64,000 bases of DNA from contig NW_021836128.1 in the NCBI RefSeq assembly GCF_006345805.1, positions 124,001 through 188,000 on the forward strand, given 5' to 3'. Position numbers and translations under genes: made by a program. The first letter of the stretch is position 1, and every line of letters begins with the position of its first letter. Source of the stretch: Octopus sinensis. Taxonomy: Eukaryota. Shown here piece by piece: positions 27,275 to 39,184 of the stretch. The notes under the pieces are model-generated. The model was given only the letters and a program-made list of their open reading frames with translations. It was not told where the DNA came from and made no database searches.

Positions 27275-28600
27275 TGTCACAGTCGGTTAATGAAACACGC
27301 CGTTAATGAAACGCCAACATAAAATTGATAAAATCCAATAAAATTCTGTCAATAAAACCAACATACCGTATAAATTTGCGCTAACGTAAGCTTGTTCAAC
27401 AGTTTATTAAATTTAGGGCTATCCATTTATTTATTTATTAAACCAGAAAACCACCGTCATAGCCAAAAGAAAGAAGAATTCAGGTGATCCCAGCCTCCCT
27501 CAGCAGTTCGCGCAGCCTCTCCCGATGTTCCGCCGTTGTCCCGACGCATTTTCGGTACGGACGGGGATTTTCAGGACGAACCTCACGTAGATGGATTGCA
27601 AATGACTTTATGATGTTAAATTTAGGGCTATCCATTAATTTTAATATTGCAAATTTATTATTTTTTTTAATTTATTATAAATCTAAATTAATTACTCAAT
27701 TTTAGATAATCTGGAATGATGAACTTCCTCGATTATCTCCCCATCTTCACTTTGGATCTTATATATATTGTTTGCTTTCTCCAAAACTCAAAATTTTCTT
27801 ATTTCGACGCCATCAAACAAAGAAAATTTTCTTATGTTTGCATCGTTATCTTGAAATTAAATTAAGACAAATTCAACCTTAATAATACCTGGGCTCCAAT
27901 TTCAATGGATCCCTCGTCAAATCTCCACTTTCTTCGTTGCACCATTTTTTCACCAGCATTTATTAAATTGACGTATGCTTGTTCCCGGGCCTCATTGAGG
28001 TCGTCATCATATGAAAGGAGACTTTCCATTGTGTCATCTTTAATTTTCACTGGATTTTCCATTCCCATGAAAAGATAAAAATGGACTTTCTTCGTCGTCG
28101 AGTGCACTGTATTGTTGTAGTCGAAAACAATATCTTTAATACATTCAACGTATCTTCCAAAAAATCCATTTGAGGCGCTAGTAGATGAGATCCATCGCTC
28201 TATACTTTGGTTAAATCTAATTAAGAAAATAATTAAAATACAACCTCTCCACTTGACCTTGTATCCACGGAGCTCTTGGTCGACCTCGTATGTGTTTAAT
28301 TTTATATTTTTCGCATAAATTTTCAACATGAAGGTTGCAAAATTCTGTTCCATTATCCGTATGTGAAATTATTGGTGGGCCGATAAGATAAAATACTTTT
28401 TGAAATAATTCTGAAATTTCTTTAGATGTTTTAGTCATGGCAAGTTCGACAACGACATATTTAGAAAAAGAATTAATTATAACCAAAATCTACACTAAAA
28501 TAACATTAATACCCATTTAAAGGAATCATTGATTTCTGAATAACGTCAAAAGTCAATCAGATCTGCAATGTATCTGCCTCGACTCCTTCTCGCAAACATT
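27275..28600 (-). mobile_element. Ginger-type integrase element, second copy, with terminal TGT at 27275
   Basis: IADLID, FSKY, HTDNGTEF, GRPRAPWIQGQVER^FNQSI, YNNTVHSTT; same intron positions as the 11742 copy. Confidence 0.8.
27428..27615 (-). mobile_element. 5'-truncated retroposon insertion with 21-bp TSD and (TAAA)n tail
   Basis: TTAAATTTAGGGCTATCCATT at 27407-27427 and 27616-27636; minus strand ends with an ORF stop, short UTR and AATAAATAAATA. Confidence 0.8.
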
Positions 28601-29621
28601 AATCCTGGGACAAGCCTCCATTATCCAGGACTTTGCTAATTTACTTACACAACAAAATCAAATTACTTAATCAGACTATTAAAAGTCAAAAAAGAAAAGA
28701 CCAACTCGAGGAATTGAGTAAACTATCACAGCAGAGACGGGAAATGACTGAAGAGACAGCGAAACTTGTCATGCAAAGAGAGAAAGCATCTGAGCTGAGT
28801 CTCACGCAGGCAGAAATGAGATTGTTTGTGTTTGAACCTACTTTCACATTATTTTCACACTAAACCAGTTTTATAACAAGCAGAAATATGGAGAAAGAAA
28901 TACTCTAATGACTAGTAGAGGTATGATGATATGATATACAATTACTAATTTTCTGTGGAGTATCCAACAGAATGAGACAACACTTCTACCCGCAGATAAC
29001 AAAGTAAACAAAACAAGTTTATATTAATTGACAGGTTTATCTGAGGAGACATTATTCGGCACGCACATGTCAGAGAATTTACGAGGAATATCCGCAGAAG
29101 TGGGGTGTTGAGTCCCTGTCGCATTTTTCAGAGCCAATTCTCGATCGATTCCAGGCTCAAGCTGGGATATGGCCATGTTGTAATCTCCGGAGTTTGAAGG
29201 ACCAGGGAGATGAGAGTTTGAAGGACAGAAAAAGAATACCCACATGTTTCTACAATCTATGGAGACTACACAATCCCACGACTAACACGACAGACGAGTT
29301 GAACGCAGTCGGCCGAGGAAATGTGAAAGCAATCCTTTACATATTTTACGAAGCATTGAATCCAAATTTTTGCACTCTTTTCAAATGTACGAGAAAATAT
29401 CGGCTCAAAACAGTCACCAAATTGTCACATCTCTTCCTCGATTTGACAATCTTCAAATGAGCCAAAAGAACACCTCAATGATTGATGCAGCAGCCGACTG
29501 AGCAAATTGGTCAGGATCGTGGTAGTGCGACGCCATCTAGGGAATCAAAATTAAGATGACGAGGGCCACCACATCTCTCGATGGCTTATAGAAGAAGATC
29601 TCGGAATAAAAAGGAAATAAT

Positions 29622-32600
29622 TCAAAGATCAAGCACCAAGCCAATAATGACTTGTTCTCTTTTTTTGAATAGAGTCTCAGCAAACATCGATACAAGAAAG
29701 AAAAACATATAGAAAGTGGGGGAGAATGCCTTCAAAGTCATCAGACTGTAATCCCGCCGATTTATTTCTGAATACGTCCATTTGCAGTTTCCCGAATAGG
29801 GCCACGACCAAGGAGCACAGTTGTAATCCAAAGAAATACAAAACATCATTCGACAACATGAACGCCGACCCACATGCGAAAAAAGTCGAATATAATTCTT
29901 CCGGGCACTCCACTTGGTGTTTATAACAATCAAATAGTTTCACAGAGGTGACAAACGTGGACATTAACTGGGAAAAGAATTGTCGCTTTTATACTTAATG
30001 GGTCAAAATAAACCTGAGGATCCTCGATGTTCTCCAAATCGACTCCCTCGACATAGTAAACCAACCTTTTGACAAATTCCATGATGACGGGAAGTCCCAG
30101 CGCCTCATATATCTACAGTGAATAGGTTATCAACACACCTACAACGACCGTATGGCAAAGTGGGAATCAGGCGAGGAAAAACCAAGTCCATACAAAAGTG
30201 GGCCCATTTGGAATTCAAATCGGGTAAAATAGTACAGACTTGGAGAATATCGCAAACTAATGAAGACACCAAATCAGTAGAACAGACACTCTCCAAACAA
30301 TTACACCACCTCCAGCGTGGAGTACTGAAAATGTAAAAATACACGCACTCGGAAAATAGCATTCGCCTCAGTCTGTCCAATATTTTACTTGGTGAGTCAC
30401 TCTCCGACACGGTAAATTGAGATCCATTGCCAAAGTGAAATCGAAAATAACTGGGACTCAGACGTGTGACAATTTTATGCAAAATAATCTTGCATTTTGG
30501 CAGTATCAAATCACGTGTCGAGTCAAGACCTAAGAATGAGGGGTCTGAAAATACCAAGAACTGCAACATGAAGAACGAGTGGCGCAATTTAGAGAAACTC
30601 GGCGTCTGTCGTGTGCATTATAATTTCCTCTGATATAAAGAGAGCAGAAAAACAGCTGAAATTGAGTGAATATAGAAACATGGGAAAATCGCGAAGGGAA
30701 GTGGATTCCACTGGAAAGTAGTCTTTTAAGTTCATAAACAAGGACGAATTCACAGAGAATAGCTCATCTTGATTACCAAAATCGTCTTCAGGAGGCAAAC
30801 TGGTCGACCCGTCTCTGATATAAAGGGAATCCTCTTTAAGAAAAGAATAGTATGGAATTGTCAGCGTTCGAGTGAATCTGCAGTTTGTGGGAGTTGGACT
30901 AATCAAGTCAAGTTGGACCTTCTGTAAGACGACGTGGGCAATGGGGGACTGGACTATCCACCGCATAATACAATTACTCTAAGAGTCCCCAATTGGCACT
31001 AACCACCAACATGAATTTATTTGGCATGACCATGGCCATCATTTTGAGATATTCATAAATCACTTCAAAGTTGTTGTGCACTGAACTCAGAGTTGACCAC
31101 AGACAACTAACTTGGACAGCATATGAATCCATGAACTTACAGCATAGAGTAGCACAATACCTTAACTGTGATGAACATGAGGTTATTAAGAACAAGGTCA
31201 GTAATTTGCACACCACGACTGCTCTCGCTAGTCCGGACCAATTGAATATTTGCGAGCCACGGCTGCAGAACTTGGAAAATTGCCAAAAGCACAGAGTGAG
31301 AAGCGATCAAGATCTTAGTCGACAAATCTAAAACAGGCAAATAATATTTTATAACATAAAAACGAAATCAACCACTGACCTGAAAAAATGTTAATTGAAA
31401 GATGATCAAAAATATGCGAAAACTGAGTGGACGGGGACTGGAAGTGTACTCCCTCGGAGGGAGCGAGGACATTGAACAAGTAATCAGGAAGATCGAGAGT
31501 GGAGAGCATCTTGTTTGATGACATCTCTAACAGTAATTGATGGGAGAGAGTGACGGCGTCGTGGATAGGAAAACAGGAAAAAACCAGTGAAAATACAAAT
31601 AACTCTATAAATAGAGAACGAGGCAAATGAGTAGGAATATAATGATAAAACCAACCAGGCCAATGCAAACGGTGCAAAGGATATGTAGTAGCGGGAAAAC
31701 TCGTGGACTGGGGAACTATAGCAGTGACATATGATATAATGAATGTGCTGCGTATCACTTCCCAACAATCCTCCAAACAAATGGGAACACAACATAGCCT
31801 ACAATGAGGAGACGAAATAACATTATTTTCAGCGGCTTCGTATAGGCCAAACAAATATCGACCACAGAACTCTTCTGCGTCAAGGAATGCGCCACAAGAG
31901 ACCAACCGAATTATGGCGTCATCACACATTTTGACCAGACCGATGTCGCCACTAGGGATTGGAATCCTCGGTCTAGAACGAATATGGATTATAATCTACG
32001 AAATAGATCCAATACTGTTTTCCACGTCACCACGTGACTTCCACTCTGAAATGAATTCAAACATGTCGAGTCGGACATTTGGAGGAATTAAGGTAGTTCG
32101 AATAGAGTCTATAGGGATTATATCCAGCAATGGGAACCAGGCAGTTGGTCCACAAAGAGCGAAAAAAAGGCTAGAAACAAAAGCTTCTGTTCATACAATC
32201 CCGAATTATTCGAGTCGAAACAACAGAAGGCCGAATGCCAGTTAACCAGGAATTCAACGACAACGGAAATAAAGTCAGTTCTTCCAATGTGAATTCTAAA
32301 ATATAGTCATCTCGGGGAACCTTGTTTTCGTATAACCATTCCGACACAACTGGGTGAGAGTTCGAATCACATTGGAACAAATCAGCATTTTCCGTTTCCT
32401 TCGGGAACTCTTCTCAACTTTTTTGTCGACACACTCTCTCATAATGGGGGATAAGTCTGAAATAACGTCGCTGGGGTCATAAATGAGACCAACTAGATGT
32501 TGTGCGCTGACAAATGGCCGAGAGACACGATTGCACATTCTGACATTTCAGGACTCTCCCCTCGAAGTGCTGATATGAATAATCGCAACATTTGGAGACA

Positions 32601-34450
32601 GGACATTGTGCCCATGTTTACACTCGCAGAGCTTTCGGAGACGTCGGATTTATCCTTTAAGAACCTAGAATTGTAGAATGATGACCACTCGTAAGAGTCG
32701 TTCAACAATGTGCAGTAGATCACCGAAAAGCCCTGCCAAACAGACACGAAAGTATTTCCATACTTCCTTGTGACCAAACTACGGAATAATGACGTCGTTT
32801 CTGTCCTTCTAAATAGAAATTAGCAAATCACTTGTAGATGTTGGAAAAATGATTCGAATTGTTGTATAAAGCTACGAGACGCAAATGGATGAGGTGGACT
32901 GCAGTTAAAAAGACAGGGGACTCTCTCGACTTGTGCAAAAGAATCGAGTGGGAATATATCTGAATCCATAGACCGTGACCGTCCGCTATGGACTCGGAAT
33001 AGTCATGTTTTTTGAACATGGACAAATCAGTGAAGAACTGACAAACTCTCCAAACCCAATTCAACTCGCCAGCACAAGAATAAATCTCGGCCACCTGGAA
33101 AATCACGGAAATAATTACATTCGATACTCCTAAAAACTCGGATAGAAAACCCGGAAGTATATTCACCAACTCTTTGTCTATTGCCAATTTCAGAGACATC
33201 TCGGAATGCTTAGGTGAACTCTTACACAGGTCAACTCATCTGCGACAACCAGCAATTGACAGCCGAGGTGTTTGGAAGAAGTCTCAGGAAGAGTTAGAAA
33301 AAAAAGAGCGGTGCCTTCAATCGAACTAATGAAACAAGTGTCCACTCCTGTGGCCTTTTCGACAAAGAAAATAAGCCTCCTGGCTAATGAATTATACATG
33401 TTGTAGTGGAATATGTCGACAGGGACATTGAAAATAATGCTCACAGACTCTACAAATAAGGAACACGAGGATACTCTCAATAACCAGGGGAATTGATTCT
33501 GGATAGTTCAAAACGATCGCCGGAAGAGACTCGAACGAGGTCCTATTCGATTAGACAGGAAAACTCACGCTTGCACTTCTGGGTCGAAATGGAAGCATAG
33601 GTTGGCCAGGAAATGAATGTAATCCGGATCAGGACCGAAGAATCGGGGAATTGCGGCAATACACGTCGAGAATAAGTTCATTCTCAATCCTTTCTCGGTC
33701 ACATTTTCACCTTCTTTAAGGGCAGGGTCCACCCGGGAGACGTGGAATGGCTGGCCGACATGTTGATCAAGTAATTTGAGGATTATGGCGAAGGATCGGG
33801 TGATGGATGGAAGGAAAGGGGACAAGGCGGAGGCACTGTCGTCACTAAGTTTGCGTGTCTTGGTCAGTTTATTGCTCATCACTGCATTCAATCCCTTTGA
33901 ATTGAAGCACATTGTGCCATGATTGGATTGTCCTCCCTCTGCGATGGAGAGGAATGCACATATCCCCACGAGCATTCGCTGCAATGAGAATATGAATGTA
34001 CCTCCGGATATATATAACGAATATTCCTGTTCACGTGAAGAAGGTCATAAATGATCTCAGTCACCGCGAATTCAAATTTGTCCTTAGAATATCACAACAC
34101 CCAAACTTTGGCAATAAATTGGATTATTTTTACAAAAATGGCGATCGGACATTCCTTGGGGACAATGTTCTTCCCCCCGCGCGGGAAAATGGCGGAGGTG
34201 ATAGACAAAAGTCGAGAACGCGTCGTCACGTTGTTTTCATAGTTAACTCGTGTGGTGTACACCCTAGCATTGAGCATAAGCACGCGACACCATGTCAGTC
34301 TATATATGGCCTCCAGGGAAATCCACCGCTTCTTCTGGCCCTTGTTTTTCAAACTGATAAAAGACATGCTGTAAGGGGGACTTCATTGAACAAACAAAAC
34401 AACGTTGTAGAGTCTGGTGTGTGAGAACTATGGGAGAACCGCCATGGCAT
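29622..34450 (-). CDS. FRY: Furry (FRY/Tao3/Mor2) homolog, multi-exon; N-terminus not seen, bounds approximate
   Basis: ISLEAIYRLTW, ENNVTTRSRLLSITSAIFPRGGKNIVPKECPIAIFVKIIQFIAK, RMLVGICAFLSIA, NLFSTCIAAIPR match the furry N-terminal (MOR2-PAG1) region; colinear minus-strand ORFs continue to ~29.6 kb. Confidence 0.85.
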
Positions 34451-34735
34451 CGTGGAACTCGTGGGCGGCTTTTAGTCTCTGGGTTTCAACTAGGTGTACA
34501 ATTATTGGGGTATACTGTCGGCATCTTGGTCGTTTATTATTGTAATTAAATCACTAAAAATAATTGTCTTGATGATTCTTTCATATCAGTAATACAAATC
34601 CCACTGAATAAGTTGAACATTTGAATAAGCGAAATATTTTATTTATTTAAATTTAGTAAATTGAAAGTCAATTACTTTAAATATAAAACCTTATTCCAGT
34701 GTACAAAGAATTTTTAGTAATTTATTAAAAAATCA

Positions 34736-35100
34736 TTAAGTTGGTCTTTGGACACAACTGTTATAATGGTATAACTTAGTGCGCCGCACATCGACGTCTC
34801 GACATTCCCTGGCCTTGTTGTAGTAGTAAAAGAATCCTTTTTTTGTTTTCAGTTTTTTAACAAAACCATTTTCCCACAATGTGATCTGGCTTGTTAGCCA
34901 ATTGTACCTCATTCTGACTGTTGTATGCTTTGTAGTCAACTTCGTCACTATGCGGCATATGGTGACCTTATATGATGTTAAATCATGTGTCAAATCCTCA
35001 CTTTTCTGCTCTTCTTTTAAACCCCGGAGATTGAATGACGCCAAAGTGAACTCATTATTCGAAACGTGCGAAAAAGACATTTGTTTTAAGAACCAGACAT
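34736..35100 (-). mobile_element. LINE APE endonuclease fragment
   Basis: FTLASFNLRGLK...DLTSYKVTICRI, related to the 200-634 fragment. Confidence 0.65.
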
Positions 35101-35269
35101 TTGATCTAAAAATCCGAGACATTAATTTCAATAATTAAAATCTAAATATTCCGGGACAAAAAATTTGTTTCACAGAAAAACGACAGTCAGTAATTTAAGG
35201 ATTGCTCCAAAGCTAAAAGAACGTCAAATCCTCAGGTTTTGGGCAAATTCGACTCCCCCATTCATCTCC

Positions 35270-36075
35270 ACATGAACGACCTGATCAATCCTGCACGTGA
35301 ATGCTCCAAAAAGAAGATCCTCAGCCTCTTTAGTTGGCTCATCTCATCCGAACAAGTACCCCAATCCCTCCCACTCAGAAAATGGAACTGACAGTCCAAC
35401 AGACCCTCCAACTGCCCACCGTGGTTCAAGAAAGGGAATTCCGTCGCCTATTTCCAGACAGGACTGACGATTCAGCCTTTGTTGACTTTTACGGTTGTTT
35501 GTTGGCTTATTTGAGGGGCCGGGGAGTTTCTGGAGTCGGACGAAGAAGCCCGACTGAACTGGCTGAATTGGACAGGGAGTTGTCAGTCTACAAGGAGAAA
35601 TACGTATTCCTGCCTGTCTGGTTATGCAGGAGTCGGAAAAGAGGGAGGAAATGGAATGTGAGGAACTCAGATCGATGCTATGAACTGTCAAATCAGTCTT
35701 CTATTGCCGTCGATTGAAGTTAGAACACAGCAAACTGAGACTGGACTGCGAATTCAGAGGTGGTGGGTGGAGGAATGTCGTAGAATTGGAGATTGAGCGA
35801 GGAAGGGGACTGTTGGGTGTGGAGAGTGTGCCGTGGGTGGAGGAGTCGACTTATTGTCCGGACATAGAGGACTGTACTCGGCAGGAGGAGGTGGTCAGGA
35901 TGGAGAAGTTGAGGGAGATTGCGGAGACGAATGTCAAATTGAGAGCACTGGTAGTCCACTCTGGTGAGTAGATATCGGAATATGTGATGTTCTACAATGA
36001 ATGTGTCTCCGACGTGGAGAATGTGACGGAATATGACAGTTTGCGACTGGAGGTGTTCCATCAAGTCCCACTAAC
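35270..36075 (+). CDS. Unidentified gene (GC-richer coding-like segment)
   Basis: Consecutive plus-strand ORFs 35334-35717 and 35714-35971 with coding-like composition; no confident family. Confidence 0.35.
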
Positions 36076-36597
36076 CTTTTTTATCAGAGAAAATTAACCG
36101 TTTTCGTTAAGTCAGGTTCTGAACCTTCTTGTGATAAAATATAGACTTATTAGGTTTTAGCCTCGGGCCAGGCATGGTCGAGCCTAATTAAATTAAAAAA
36201 CTTTATATATCAGAATCAACTTAAATATACTCAATAATTTTACCTCGGATGTCAAAAAACCTGTAGAACGAAAAAATTAAAAGATCCAAATTAAAATCCA
36301 AATGATTAGAAATAGAAAAAAGTCCAAATTATTTTAAAAAAGTAAAGAAAGAAATTAAGAAGAGCGTCTGGGAAGATACTGCGAGCATAAGCAAATGGGA
36401 TTATATCCGGCTCGCTTCTATCTTGCCTATGAATAAATTGAAATAAATTGACCATTTCACAATGACCTTCAACTCTCCATCAATTCTACTGACAGAAATG
36501 ATATTCTCGAGTACATAAGTATTATCAGTCTGGGTTGTAGTGCTAATCATTTTAGTATGGGCTGTTTTTTTAGATTCTTCAAAATTATTAATCATAT

Positions 36598-37684
36598 ACA
36601 GTGAAAACCCTCGAATCCGCTGCTTCTCGAATCCGCCGCTTCTCGAATCCGCTTGTTTTAATCAAAAATTTGAAATTTCCTATGAATGATTCTTGAATCC
36701 GCTTGTTTCTCGAATCCGCTCCTCAAGTATTATGAAAAATAATTTTTTTATCTAATTGTAAGTTAAATTTAATTAACATTTTATAATTCTCATTACACGT
36801 TAAATTGTATTTTGTGATGCGTCGCTGTGTTAGACTTTCTATCAACGAAAAAATTTCTATACTACGTTATATTTCTGACAACCATTCGTTTCTGCACCTC
36901 AAATTTCCAGATTTTTTCTTCACGGTTAAAAAAGAAAATTTTTCCGAGAACTATAAACGACCTTAAATCAAAATCGGACCTTTTGAATAGGACTGACATC
37001 AAAAAATTAAACATAACGAGAATCCAAAACTCAAATTTAATGAAATTGATGTAGCGATGTTTTCCAGAATTTAAAGCAAGTCGTGGGTGGCTAGAAAAGT
37101 TTTAAATTACGAAATGGTATCAAGTAAGAAAATTTCACGGAGACAGTGGATCAGTAAATCATGATGAAAAATCTATTACTGATTTTAATGAAACAATGAG
37201 TTTAAAAATTGAACAATATGGATTGGACAATGTTATAATGCAGATGAAACTGTGTTTTTTACAAGGCGATTCCTTCCAAAAGTGTGTGCACCAAATCACG
37301 GCCTGGAATAAGTTGTCGAAGGATCGATTTTCGTTACTATTATGCGCAATTGTTCTGGTTCCGATAAAAGAAGGCCTGTGATGATAGGAAGATTCAAAAG
37401 TCCAAGGTGTTTTAAAAATTTCAACATTGGAAATATGTTACCTACACCCATTCCAATAAGGCATGGATGAACCGTGAAATTTTTAACAAGTGGCTCAGTG
37501 ATTTTGATTCTGAACTTGCAAAGAAAAAAAGAAAAATTCTACTTGTAATAGATCAATGTCCATCTCATCAAATTATTGTCACGTTAAACTCAATTGAAAT
37601 TCTTTTTTTGCCTTCTAGAACATCCTCGCTCTTGCAACCAATGGATCAAGGAATTATAAAATGCTTTAAAGCCGAATTTACCAA
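36598..37684 (+). mobile_element. pogo/Tigger element 5' part (left TIR and decayed transposase), cut by the Helitron 5' end
   Basis: TA-CAGTGAAAACCCTCGAATCCGC with repeated TCGAATCCGC; FKASRGWLEKF, DET, AWMNREIF, IDQCPSH, QPMDQGIIKCFK. Confidence 0.85.
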
Positions 37685-37704
37685 TCTTAATAATAAAATG
37701 GTAT

Positions 37705-37750
37705 GGTGTGTGTCTGTCTGTCTGTGTGTCTGTCTGTCTGTCTGTGTGTG
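37705..37750. repeat. (TG)/(TCTG)n microsatellite
   Basis: tgtgtgtctgtctgtctgtgtgtctgtctgtctgtctgtgtgtg. Confidence 0.95.
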
Positions 37751-37771
37751 CACACCAACTTCAAATTGGCA

Positions 37772-38390
37772 ATACGATGTCCTCGACTTACATGATGAGG
37801 TCCTTAAAACCTTCCCCCCAAAAAAAATTAAAAAAAATTTTTCTGCGTTTTGGTCAAAATGAACAACTACGATGTCCTCGACTTACATGATGAGGTCCTT
37901 AAAACCTTCCCCCCCAAAAAAAATTAAAAAAAATTTTCTGCATTTTGGTTAAAATGAACAACTACGATGTCCTCGACTTACATGATGAGGTCCTTAAAAC
38001 CTTCCCCCCCAAAAAAATTAAAAAAAAATTTTCTGCATTTTGGTTAAAATGAATAACTACGATGTCCTCGACTTACATGATGAGGTCCTTAAAACCTTCC
38101 CCCCCAAAAAAATTAAAAAAAAATTTTCTGCATTTTGGTTAAAATGAACAACTACGATGTCCTCGACTTTCATGATGAGGTCCTTAAAACCTTCCCCCCC
38201 AAAAAAATTAAAAAAAAATTTTTCTGCATTTTGGTTAAAATGAACAACTACGATGTCCTCGACTTACATGATGAGGTCCTTAAAACCTCCCGCCAAAAAA
38301 TCAAAAAATTATTTTCTGCATTTTGATTAAAATGAACAACGCGGATGTCCTCGACATTCATGATGAGGTCCATTAAAACTTTCCAGGCAA
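37772..38390. repeat. Tandem array, ~95-bp unit x ~6.5
   Basis: TACGATGTCCTCGACTTACATGATGAGGTCCTTAAAACC recurs at ~37773, 37868, 37963, 38058, 38153, 38249 and 38341 (last two diverged). Confidence 0.95.
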
Positions 38391-38635
38391 AAATCTCACG
38401 TATTAAGAATATCCTTGATGAAAACGACAGCGAGAATATTAACAATGATGAACTCCCAATTATTCGCGATAAAGAAATTCAATTCATCCTATGTTTTTCT
38501 CTTTAAAATTAAATGCATATATCATTAACGACCATGAATCAAAATTAAAGCTATTATCATAGAGTGTGCAATTAACAGATTTTGAAATGACAGCGCAATC
38601 AGAAGAATTTGCGTAAAAATATTAACTATTTAGTT

Positions 38636-38855
38636 AAGTTTTTCGTAAAGATTGAATTTATTTTCGGTATTCCTCTTTTCCTAAACTTTTTTATTATTCA
38701 AAAATAATTTTTTCAATAGATAACCGAAGGAGGGAAGACGACCTAAGAAAAGAAGTTTTTCGTAAAGATAGAATTTATTTTCGGTATGCCTCTTATCCTA
38801 AACTTTTTTATTATTCAAAAATAATTTTTTTAATAGATAACCGAAGGAGGAAAAA
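38636..38855. repeat. Tandem duplication of ~118 bp
   Basis: AAGTTTTTCGTAAAGAT...TAGATAACCGAAGGAGG present twice. Confidence 0.9.
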
Positions 38856-38904
38856 CGAAGCTGAAGAAAAAACGGTCAGCTTAATAAGGTAATTAATCAA
38901 ATCT

Positions 38905-39180
38905 TTTTTGTGTGTCGCTTTCTTGCCTGTCGCTTTTTTGTGTGTCGCTTTCTTGCCTGTTGCTTTTTTATGTGTCGCTTTCTTGCCTGTCGCTTTCTTG
39001 CCTGTCGCTTTCTTGCCTGCCGCATCTCTGCCTGCCGCATCTCTGCCTGCCGCATCTCTGCCTGCCGCATCTCTGCCTGCCGCATCTCTGCCTGCCGCAT
39101 CTCTGCCTGCCGCATCTCTGCCTGCCGCATTTCCGCCTGCCGCATCTCTGCCTGCCGCATTTCCGCATTTCCCCCCATCT
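38905..39180. repeat. 15-bp tandem repeats (TGTCGCTTTCTTGCC grading into TGCCGCATCTCTGCC)
   Basis: About 17 units directly visible, ending in CCCCCCATCTCACC. Confidence 0.95.
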
Positions 39181-39184
39181 CACC

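Noticed and set aside
28620-29560. Possible MULE remnant
   Set aside because: Only vague similarity (LWRLHNPTTN); no catalytic motif or TIR
37772-38390. 95-bp array as CRISPR, hammerhead ribozyme or C/D snoRNA array
   Set aside because: No unique spacers and the context is eukaryotic; ATGATGAG lacks the CUGAUGA...GAAA hammerhead core, and no D box (CTGA) is evident in the unit
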